Source: Synechocystis sp. PCC 6803 substr. PCC-P (GTDB lineage: Bacteria; Cyanobacteriota; Cyanobacteriia; Cyanobacteriales; Microcystaceae). Taken from it: a stretch of 32,000 bases of DNA. The notes under the pieces are model-generated. The model ran no database searches and was not told the origin of the DNA. It worked only from the letters and a program-made list of their open reading frames with translations. Each line of letters begins with the position of its first letter. Position 1 is the first letter of the stretch. Below are positions 1 through 8,727 of the stretch, piece after piece. The stretch lies in the NCBI RefSeq assembly GCF_000284455.1, contig NC_017039.1, positions 1,890,001-1,922,000 of the forward strand, read 5' to 3'. The position numbers were made by a program, and so were the translations under genes.

Positions 1-1159
<1,159 letters not shown>

Positions 1160-1240
1160 CTACAAAGTGCGCTTAAATCCCCGCCCATTTTACCGGAGAT
1201 ACCAGCCAATAACTAAACCTAACCTCCAATTGAGTACTGC

Positions 1241-1486
1241 CTAACTTGCTAGCAAGATTGGTTGATCGTGTAAAGCCATTAATTTTTCTCTGGGAACCGC
1301 CAACATGGCATAAGCCTGACCATCTCCGTCGGCAAACTCGACTTCAAAAGCTTCCCCTCCCCCCAGGATCTCAATAATTGTCCCAACTTGTCCCTGACGC
1401 AATAGAATTGGCTGGCTTGTCAGAAAAAGCTTGGCAGTAATATCTTCTTTTAACGCCACAAGACTATGTAGTTGAAGGTTGTCCAT
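1241..1486 (-). CDS. small DUF4926-like protein (81 aa from the internal ATG; the track ORF extends to 1528)
   Basis: The track ORF is 1241..1528. I prefer the start MDNLQLHS at 1486 because AAGGAA lies just upstream and this start avoids overlap with the upstream gene. The core VALKEDI...LRQGQVGTIIEILGGGEAFEVEFADGDGQAYAMLAVPREKL resembles the DUF4926 pattern as I remember it. Confidence 0.6.
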   Translation of the reverse strand: MDNLQLHSLVALKEDITAKLFLTSQPILLRQGQVGTIIEILGGGEAFEVEFADGDGQAYAMLAVPREKLMALHDQPILLAS

Positions 1487-1505
1487 AAGTGTAATTTCCT
1501 TGATG

Positions 1506-1853
1506 CTAATTGCGAATGGGATAAACATTGGTTAGTCGAGGATAGGTCTCCCCGGGGCGGATTATCCAAGCACTAAGTACTTTCGCTGTTCCAGTGGTAG
1601 TGGTCATGGGAAAAACAGCCACATAACGTTCTCCGTACTGGTCAGAATCTGTCAATTCAAAATTTTGATAATGAGCGGCTACTTTTCTGAGCCTAGTAAT
1701 AAGAAAGTCTTGGTTATCTATTGTTATACCCAATTTAGCTCGAAAAAGTCTAGCTTTATGTTTGCCATTAGGATGGTTTAGGTTAAGGGAATAGGTCTGT
1801 AGTTTATCAGTTATTTGCTTCACATCAGCTTGGTTTCCGTAGGGCAATTTCAT
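1506..1853 (-). CDS. DUF6883-like protein, 115 aa
   Basis: Track ORF. The motifs KLQTYSLNLNHPNGKHKARLFRAKLGIT ... YGERYVAVFPM ... SAWIIRPGETYPRLTNVYP resemble the DUF6883 family as I remember it. It lies 19 nt upstream of the DUF4926-like gene on the same strand. Confidence 0.6.
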   Translation of the reverse strand: MKLPYGNQADVKQITDKLQTYSLNLNHPNGKHKARLFRAKLGITIDNQDFLITRLRKVAAHYQNFELTDSDQYGERYVAVFPMTTTTGTAKVLSAWIIRPGETYPRLTNVYPIRN

Positions 1854-1945
1854 AACTTAGATTAAAAATATCCCAGAACTTAATTCAGGATAGATGTTAC
1901 AGCATCGATTAGTATGATCATAGGTTTTTCCTCAGGGGTTTTGCC

Positions 1946-4453
1946 ATGACCGATCGCCTTTCCTATTTGCTTTCCTGGCTCCGACAACGGACGGAATTAG
2001 GCCAACTTGCCCCGGAGATTCTGGAGGCGATCGCCAGCCAATTAATTGAATTTTCCCTGGCTAAGGGTGAAAGTCTGCCCAAAGATAGGGACAAGGGAAC
2101 GGACTTGTACATTCTTGGTCAAGGACAGTTGGAATCTGATGCCCGGAAATTTTGTTTATTGCCAGGGGCAATTATTAATCTAGAGGCATTCATAATTGAT
2201 AGTCCCCTAGAACAGGATTTAGTCGCCCTTACTGACTGCCAATTGTGGTATTTACCAGGGCAAAAAATGCGGCAATTGCTGCAAGATTATCCCCAGATAA
2301 CTCAGGCTTTTTCCCAACAATTGGTGCAGGAACTCAGGGAACTGAATGCCCAATTATTTTTTGAACAGGAAAAACAGAAGATTTTACGCCCCTACCTCGT
2401 CCCTGCCGCTAAGCGAGCCATTATGGGTAAAAGTCGCTATGCCCAAAAGCTCCGGGAGCAAATTAAAGCAGTATCAACAGATCAAAAGCCAGTATTATTG
2501 TTCGGAGAGCCGGGACTGGAAAAGGATAACACCGCCGCCCTGATTCATTTTGGCTCAGCCCAAGCCCAACGGTCGGTGATGGTGAAGGTCAACTGTGCTC
2601 TGCTATCCGCCAGTGGTCAAGAACTCTTTGGCACCAATCAAGGTAAACCCGGAATTTTAGATGCCTTGGGTCAAGGAACCTTACTGTTGAACAATATTCA
2701 GGAATTGAAACCCCAACTTTTACCGGCGATCGCCAACTTAATTTGTGAAGGTATTTACCAACCGGTGGCCACAGCAGGGGGAGCAGAACCAACTTTTCGC
2801 CATAGTCAAGCCAAGGTAATTGCCATTGCTGAAAACATCATTCCCAAGCTTACTTCCCTATTTACTAACACCATTAAAATTCCCCCTTTGCGGGTAAGAA
2901 AAGCGGATATTGAGGATTACGTTGACTATTATTTAAGTTTAATTTGTCGCTCCAAGGGCATCGAAGTTCCTAACCTAGCACCGGAGGCCCTGCGTCGCTT
3001 ACAAGCCTACGATTTTCCTAATAATATTCGGGAATTAAACAATCTAGTGGAACGGGCGGTAACCCAATTACAGGGCGAAAAAGTAATTACCGAGGAAATT
3101 ATTTGGCCTTCCCAAGGTAAGAAACAATTATTTCGTCTGAATTTACTCAACCGTTACCCGCAATTACGGCAATTTTTACGCAGTGCCTGGTGGCCCGATC
3201 GCCTCAATTATGGCTTCACTGTGTTCGCTTTCCCAGTCATTGTGGCTATTCTTTTTCTAGGGCCCCAAACTAGGGACCAAAATTTTGCATTGAATTTATT
3301 TTGGGCATGGTGGTGGCCCCTAGTGCTATTGGGATTTATTTTTGTTGGTAGACTTTGGTGTGCGGTTTGTCCCTTTATGATTTACGGAGAAATTACCCAA
3401 AAATTATCTCTCTGGCTCTGGCCGAGGAAACTGAAAAAATGGCCGAGGCAGGCAGCGGAAAATTGGGGTGGTTGGTTTCTCTTTGCCCTTTTTGCCCTAA
3501 TTTTACTCTGGGAAGAACTGTGGAATTTGGAAAATACTGCTTATCTTTCTGCTTGGTTATTACTGTTAATTACCGGGGGAGCTATGGTTTGCTCCGTGAT
3601 TTTTGAGCAAAGATTTTGGTGTCGTTACCTCTGTCCCATTGGCGGCATGAACGGCATGTTTGCTAAATTAGCTATCACAGAATTGCGGGCCCAACAGGGA
3701 ACTTGTTCGGCAGAATGTACTACTTACCAGTGCTACAAGGGAGGCCCCGCTAAGGGGGAAGGTCAAGCCACTGAAGGCTGTCCCCTGGGTACCCATCCGG
3801 CCCAACTAACCGACAATCGGGATTGTGTACTATGTATGACCTGTTTAAAAGCCTGTCCCCATCGTTCGGTGGAATTTAATCTGCGTCCCCCGGCGATCGC
3901 CATTGTTACTACCCATACCGTGCGCCCTTACGAAGTAGCCTTATTGTTGTTACTCCTGAATAGCGTTTTATTGAGGAGATTACCAGAATTTATCCAGGTA
4001 TGGCATTTATCGCCAGTGGGTACATTTATTGACCATGGTTTTCTGTCCCTCGGTTTACTATTTTTACCAGCTTTATTGCCACTAATCGCCTACTTTTTGA
4101 TTCCCGCTCCTAAAGTTGGGCAAAAAATTCCCTTCATTAACCTAGCCTACGGTCTATTGCCTCTCACTTTAGCGGCCAACTTAGCCCATTATCTCAACTT
4201 GGGTTTGGGGGAAGCGGGGCAGGTGTTGACCCTAGTGCCAAAAACTTTCCACTGGTCTTTACCCTTTGATTTACCGATGTTGGTGGCGGATCCAGCGGCG
4301 ATCGCCTTTTTGCAAGGTATGCTGCTTTTGGCCGGGGTACTTTGGTCGATTTTTCTCAGTCAACAGTTAGGTAAACAATCCTTTTTCAATCTTCTGCCTC
4401 ACCACAGCACCGTTGTTGGTTTAATGCTGATCTTTTGGAGTGTGATTGTTTAA
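1946..4453 (+). CDS. multidomain protein: cNMP-binding-like N-terminus, degenerate sigma-54-type AAA+ domain, C-terminal multi-pass membrane 4Fe-4S (NapH/NosR-like) domain
   Basis: 835-aa track ORF. The AAA+ region spans about aa 160-380: LLFGEPGLEKD, GTLLLNNIQEL, IPPLRVRKADIEDYV, FPNNIRELNNLVERA. Hydrophobic helices start around aa 420. The Cys motifs are LWCAVCPF, FWCRYLCPIGG, CSAECTTYQC...GCP and CVLCMTCLKACP. Confidence 0.85.
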   Translation: MTDRLSYLLSWLRQRTELGQLAPEILEAIASQLIEFSLAKGESLPKDRDKGTDLYILGQGQLESDARKFCLLPGAIINLEAFIIDSPLEQDLVALTDCQLWYLPGQKMRQLLQDYPQITQAFSQQLVQELRELNAQLFFEQEKQKILRPYLVPAAKRAIMGKSRYAQKLREQIKAVSTDQKPVLLFGEPGLEKDNTAALIHFGSAQAQRSVMVKVNCALLSASGQELFGTNQGKPGILDALGQGTLLLNNIQELKPQLLPAIANLICEGIYQPVATAGGAEPTFRHSQAKVIAIAENIIPKLTSLFTNTIKIPPLRVRKADIEDYVDYYLSLICRSKGIEVPNLAPEALRRLQAYDFPNNIRELNNLVERAVTQLQGEKVITEEIIWPSQGKKQLFRLNLLNRYPQLRQFLRSAWWPDRLNYGFTVFAFPVIVAILFLGPQTRDQNFALNLFWAWWWPLVLLGFIFVGRLWCAVCPFMIYGEITQKLSLWLWPRKLKKWPRQAAENWGGWFLFALFALILLWEELWNLENTAYLSAWLLLLITGGAMVCSVIFEQRFWCRYLCPIGGMNGMFAKLAITELRAQQGTCSAECTTYQCYKGGPAKGEGQATEGCPLGTHPAQLTDNRDCVLCMTCLKACPHRSVEFNLRPPAIAIVTTHTVRPYEVALLLLLLNSVLLRRLPEFIQVWHLSPVGTFIDHGFLSLGLLFLPALLPLIAYFLIPAPKVGQKIPFINLAYGLLPLTLAANLAHYLNLGLGEAGQVLTLVPKTFHWSLPFDLPMLVADPAAIAFLQGMLLLAGVLWSIFLSQQLGKQSFFNLLPHHSTVVGLMLIFWSVIV

Positions 4454-4547
4454 CTTCTTCCATACTTCTCATAAGGCGATCGGAAGGGAGTAATACCATC
4501 TAATATTGCCTTCCCTCCCGATGTTGGTTTGATTCAATTAGGATCAA

Positions 4548-5627
4548 TTAAGGTTTCTTTTGATATCCACCATTGGATGGGGATTGGTAATAGACCCCTG
4601 AACCTTGATTAGGAACAAAATGGCAAGCCCAGTAGGACTTAAAAAAAGCTTGCCAAATTGGCTCGTCAGAATATCGATAATATTCCCCTAAAATGGGCTT
4701 GATGGCTTCAGTCGCCCGGCGTAACTTGTAGTGGGGCATATTCGAGAAAATATGGTGGGCGACGTGGGTGCCAATGTCATGGTGAATGGGGTTAATGAAG
4801 CCGTAATCCCGATCAATGGTGGAGAGGGCACCTTTGAGAAAATACCAGTCATCACCACGATACCAAGGGATATTGTCTTCAGTGTGATGTAAAAATGTGA
4901 CCAAATCTAACCACACCACAAACACGAGGTAGGGGGCAACATAAAATTTCAGCAAAAATAGCCAGCCAAATTGCCAAGTTAAAAAGCCAAGGAAGCCGAC
5001 AAAGGCTGCAAGGGCAAAGGTGCTGGTGAGAACAGCTGCTTTTTCTCCGGGACGGAATAGGGGACTGCCGGGCATGAAATGGGAGCCTTGCCGGTTTGGC
5101 GATCGCCGAAATAGATAAATGGGGTAGGCGATCAGAGGCAAGTAAAAACGTAGAAGTTTTTCATACCAGGCCATTTGGTTATATTTTTGCTCCGACACTG
5201 GATACCAACTTTCGTCGGTGTCGATATTGCCCGTGTTGGCATGGTGAGTACGATGACTAATACGCCAGCCATGGTAAGGCACCAAAATTGGCGTGTGGCT
5301 GAGATGACCAATCCAATTATTAAGGGTTTTGGATTTGGAAAAGGAGCCATGGCCACAATCATGGCCCACCACAAACAGGGACCAGAATAGGGTTCCCTGA
5401 ATTAACCAAAAAATCGGATAGAAGAACCAGGAATCAAGGTAGGCCGCTAGAGCATAAAACCCGGCAATTAAACCAACATCCAAAAAAAAGTAGCCCAAGG
5501 ACCGGACTACCGATGGCTCAAAACAATCCGCTGGAATAGCGTTTCTGAGCTCTTGGAGGGTAAATGGTAATTCTTCAGTTTTGGGGTAAGGAAGCTTTGT
5601 TTGAGGCGATGAAATTTCTAGACGCAC
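4548..5627 (-). CDS. desB: omega-3 (delta-15) acyl-lipid fatty acid desaturase
   Basis: 359-aa ORF with a GTG start. It carries the three membrane-desaturase His boxes HDCGH, HRTHH and HVAHH. The N-terminus MRLEISSPQTKLPYPKTEELPFTLQELRNAIP matches my memory of Synechocystis DesB. Confidence 0.9.
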   Translation of the reverse strand: MRLEISSPQTKLPYPKTEELPFTLQELRNAIPADCFEPSVVRSLGYFFLDVGLIAGFYALAAYLDSWFFYPIFWLIQGTLFWSLFVVGHDCGHGSFSKSKTLNNWIGHLSHTPILVPYHGWRISHRTHHANTGNIDTDESWYPVSEQKYNQMAWYEKLLRFYLPLIAYPIYLFRRSPNRQGSHFMPGSPLFRPGEKAAVLTSTFALAAFVGFLGFLTWQFGWLFLLKFYVAPYLVFVVWLDLVTFLHHTEDNIPWYRGDDWYFLKGALSTIDRDYGFINPIHHDIGTHVAHHIFSNMPHYKLRRATEAIKPILGEYYRYSDEPIWQAFFKSYWACHFVPNQGSGVYYQSPSNGGYQKKP

Positions 5628-5896
5628 GTATTTATCTTAGGGGCTATGACGGCAAAACAATCCTATGATTCTATCCTAAATCTTCAAAGAAGGCTGCCGT
5701 TGGAAGATGAAAATTCGGCAGTAAGACCAATTTTGACTAAGACAGAAAACACACTAAGGAGAATACTTGATTCAAATTTGTGTAGAGAAAGGACGATAAA
5801 AAGTTCAAATGTTTATAAATACGCAACTCTGATCAACTTTATGGACTAAAACGTCAAAACTTTAAGACTGCAATGGAATGGGGGCTAGTTTAACTT

Positions 5897-6541
5897 CTAC
5901 GGCGCCAACCTCTGTCTGTGCCATTGACCATCAAGCAAATTAAATTGCAAACGGTCATGGAGACGACTAGGGCGGCCTTGCCAAAATTCGATGCGATGGG
6001 GAATCACTCGAAATCCTCCCCAGTGGGGGGGGCGGGGAATGGATTGGTTTTCGTATTGTTTTTCCCAACGGGCTAGATTGTCTTCTAACTCCTGGCGATC
6101 GCCAACAATCCGACTTTGGGGAGAAGCCCAGGCCCCCAATTGAGAACCCCGGGGACGGGACTGAAAATAGGCATCGGATTCTGCCGGATCAATTTTTTCC
6201 ACTTGACCATCCACCCGTACCTGTCTTTCTAGGGCCGCCCACCAAAACACTAATCCTGCCCAAGGATGGGCCGTTAACTGTTGCCCCTTGGCACTGTCAT
6301 AGTTAGTGTAAAAAACGAAGCCCCGCTCATCCAAACCCTTGAGCAGCACCATACGCCCCACCGGATGGCCTTCCTCGGACAGAGTGCTTAAAGTCATAGC
6401 ATTGGGTTCTGGCAACTCAGCGGCGATCGCCTGTTGGAGCCATATGTGAAATTGGGCAAAGGGATGGTCTGCCACCTCAGCCTCGATTAAACCCCCCTGG
6501 GTATAGTTCAAGCGTAAATCCGCGAGGGAAACCCCATCCAT
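5897..6541 (-). CDS. pdxH: pyridoxamine 5-phosphate oxidase (track ORF extends to 6589; internal ATG at 6541 preferred)
   Basis: The translation contains LADLRLNYTQGGL, AMTLSTLSEEGHPVGRMVLLKG, FVFYTNYDSAKG, IEFWQGRPSRLHDR and a C-terminal RLAP, all typical of PdxH. The 16 extra N-terminal codons of the long ORF have no PdxH counterpart. Confidence 0.88.
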   Translation of the reverse strand: MDGVSLADLRLNYTQGGLIEAEVADHPFAQFHIWLQQAIAAELPEPNAMTLSTLSEEGHPVGRMVLLKGLDERGFVFYTNYDSAKGQQLTAHPWAGLVFWWAALERQVRVDGQVEKIDPAESDAYFQSRPRGSQLGAWASPQSRIVGDRQELEDNLARWEKQYENQSIPRPPHWGGFRVIPHRIEFWQGRPSRLHDRLQFNLLDGQWHRQRLAP

Positions 6542-6597
6542 AAAGCCTGCGTCCTCCAACTGGTGATCTTCACAGCGGGCAGTTAACATAAGGAATT

Positions 6598-7440
6598 ATG
6601 ACACCATCTGCGGCGAGTCATGCCATTGATACCCTGATCGAAATGGCCCACCAAGGGGAGATTAACCCCTGGGACGTGTCGGTGATCGATGTAATTGATC
6701 GCTTTTTGCAGGATCTGGGCATTCTCAACAGCCTCGACCTGAATTTTCAACAGCAAAATTTACCCCGTTCTGGCCAGGCTTTTCTTTGGGCCTCCATGTT
6801 GGTGCGCTACAAAGCTGACAGTCTCCACAATTTGGAGCAGGAACCAGAAGAAGTTTTACCTGAAGCTGAGCTAGAAGAATGGCCCGATGGTCTAATTGCC
6901 CGGTTACCAAGGGATTTAGAAAATCGTCTGCGTCGCCGCACTGCTGTCCCGCCCCTACAACGTCGTCGGGTTACCCTGGCGGAATTAATTGATCAGATCG
7001 AGGCGATCGCCGTTGAAATCGAAAAAAGCGAACAAAAACCCAAGCGGGTGAAACGGGCCCGTCCCCAATCCCGGCGGGAAGCACTACAAATCATTACCGA
7101 ATTAGCCCACCAGGAAAATTTAACTGAGTTAGCCAGCCAATTGGAACAATTTTTACAAACCCGTCTGCCGGAAATTTTGCCTGATTTACCCCATCGTTCC
7201 TGGGTAGATTTGGATACATTACTCCACTGTTGGCATCATCATTTAGATCCAGATAAATTGCCGGATAAAAAAGATAAAGTTGGCGTATTTTGGGCATTAC
7301 TATTATTAAGTTCCCAGTCGAAAGTATCTTTGGCTCAGGAAGAGTTTTACCAAGATTTACAAGTTCAAATTATTGATGACTCTGAAAAAAATATACAGTT
7401 AACCTTAGATCCAGAAACAGAAGTGTTAAACTCAGCCTAG
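6598..7440 (+). CDS. scpA: segregation and condensation protein A (kleisin)
   Basis: 280-aa ORF. The N-terminus has GEINPWDVSVIDVIDRFL. The C-terminus has FWALLLLSSQSKVSLAQEEFYQDLQVQI, which is the ScpA winged-helix pattern. Confidence 0.75.
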   Translation: MTPSAASHAIDTLIEMAHQGEINPWDVSVIDVIDRFLQDLGILNSLDLNFQQQNLPRSGQAFLWASMLVRYKADSLHNLEQEPEEVLPEAELEEWPDGLIARLPRDLENRLRRRTAVPPLQRRRVTLAELIDQIEAIAVEIEKSEQKPKRVKRARPQSRREALQIITELAHQENLTELASQLEQFLQTRLPEILPDLPHRSWVDLDTLLHCWHHHLDPDKLPDKKDKVGVFWALLLLSSQSKVSLAQEEFYQDLQVQIIDDSEKNIQLTLDPETEVLNSA

Positions 7441-7464
7441 TATGCAAGCAATTACTCTTAAATG

Positions 7465-8268
7465 CTAAATATTTCTTAGTTGCAAATCTAAAGACTCATA
7501 TGAGGAGTTAGATGTCAATCTAGTTGCATATAGATTCATTAAATCTTGGATGGAAATCAATTTAACTTCTATAGAATTAATTGCTTGAATTTTTCGAGAG
7601 TGTTGACGACTAATTATCCAAACTTGCTTATGATCTTCATGAAATTCTTCAACTATTCTATCTGAAAACTCTATTCTGCCTTGCTTCAATTGACTACAGT
7701 AATTAATGATTTGTTGACTTTTAAGAGTTTCAATGTCTCCCTTTGCCAAGGTACAGTCATAAATGACTGAAAGATTAGTAGTCCGAAAAAATCCATCCGC
7801 CTTACCAGCTTGTTTTTCTCCAAGGAAACTTTTGATAGTTACAATTCCTAGTGACTTTAATAATAAAAAGGTATATTTTTCAAACTCTTGCCAGTTATTA
7901 GTAGTAGCTAATATCGGAAAAAAGTTAGGGCAGATATCTGAATTATTTTCCCACGAAAGGTCTTTGGATTCTACTTCTATAGAGCTTGATTGAGACAAGT
8001 TATCAGCAGAAACATGCATTTGTCCAGAAGCGATACTTATAAGTTGATGTAATACACGCTCAAACTCCAACATCTCATCTTCAAAAATTCTTATTTTTGA
8101 TCCCACAAACTTGTCTCCAACCTTCTTGCGTTGATCGATAACAATATATTTTGAGCCATTTTTGGCTACCTTTAACTCAAAAAAATAATTATGGGAACCT
8201 GAGAAATAGCGAGCTTTATGCAATAATTCTCTTTCTTCTCTTGTGTACCATTGCTCTGAATTATCCAT
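7465..8268 (-). CDS. hypothetical 267-aa protein: PUR-like (DUF3276-like) N-terminal domain plus PD-(D/E)xK / FokI-cleavage-domain-like C-terminal domain (tentative)
   Basis: Track ORF in a low-GC stretch. N-terminal aa 20-78 read YFSGSHNYFFELKVAKNGSKYIVIDQRKK...SKIRIFEDEMLEFERVLHQL. The C-terminus reads WQEFEKYTFLLLKSLG...GKADGFF...SVIYDCTLAKGD...KQVWIISR. Both domain calls are made by eye only. Confidence 0.6.
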   Translation of the reverse strand: MDNSEQWYTREERELLHKARYFSGSHNYFFELKVAKNGSKYIVIDQRKKVGDKFVGSKIRIFEDEMLEFERVLHQLISIASGQMHVSADNLSQSSSIEVESKDLSWENNSDICPNFFPILATTNNWQEFEKYTFLLLKSLGIVTIKSFLGEKQAGKADGFFRTTNLSVIYDCTLAKGDIETLKSQQIINYCSQLKQGRIEFSDRIVEEFHEDHKQVWIISRQHSRKIQAINSIEVKLISIQDLMNLYATRLTSNSSYESLDLQLRNI

Positions 8269-8509
8269 TTTCGTAATTATTAGGAATGATTTGATTTTCT
8301 GAATAACTATAAACCGGAATTTGAATAAAATGATCCGGCTCCTGATTGTCTAGAACAGTCTGTTGTAAACACTCTACCGTTGCTGGCGAAAAAAACTGCT
8401 CTCCAGTTTCTTCATTAACCCGTGCTGGGACGTTTTCAATAATAATTAACCGACCATTTAAACTAAGGGTGTAATTTACCCTTTTTTCAACCAGAGTTTT
8501 GTTGTCCAT
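8261..8509 (-). CDS. 82-aa YgiT/MqsA-N-terminal-like protein lacking the zinc-binding cysteines (tentative)
   Basis: Track ORF. VEKRVNYTLSLNGRLIIIENVPARVNEETGEQFFSPATVECLQQ follows the YgiT-type zinc-ribbon pattern, but the Cys pairs are replaced. Its stop overlaps the start of the 267-aa gene by 8 nt (ATGGATAA on the minus strand). Confidence 0.5.
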   Translation of the reverse strand: MDNKTLVEKRVNYTLSLNGRLIIIENVPARVNEETGEQFFSPATVECLQQTVLDNQEPDHFIQIPVYSYSENQIIPNNYENG

Positions 8510-8727
8510 TATTGGTTTCTCTCCTTCGAGTGATCAGCAAGGTCATTACTGGATTGTTGAGGTGGGTATCTAAACCAAATTACACGGCGATCGCCATTGG
8601 GGAGGAGAGGCCTGGGTCCGCCCATGGTTAGGGGATGGGACCGATCAGATTCTCTGGCCAGGGCAACCCTTTGCTACAGTTGAATTGGTTACAAATAGTT
8701 AAAGTTCCGTCCCGCCGTTAAAAGTCT

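Noticed and set aside
4470-4535. Imperfect hairpin (ATCGGAAGGGAG ... CCTTCCCTCCCGAT) between the convergent regulator gene and desB
   Set aside because: The stem needs an internal mismatch, the loop is about 20 nt, and neither side has a clear U-tract. It may still act as a bidirectional terminator, but the sequence support is weak.
5646-5849. 67-aa plus-strand ORF in the desB-pdxH spacer
   Set aside because: It is AT-rich, has no Shine-Dalgarno-like sequence and resembles nothing I know. The region is more plausibly the promoter and leader of desB. I saw a possible -10 TAGAAT on the minus strand at 5668-5673, but without a convincing -35 I did not list it as a feature.
6542-6589. 16-codon N-terminal extension of pdxH
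   Set aside because: It is not part of the conserved PdxH fold and would place the start 8 nt from the divergent scpA ATG. The internal ATG at 6541 is preferred, though not proven.
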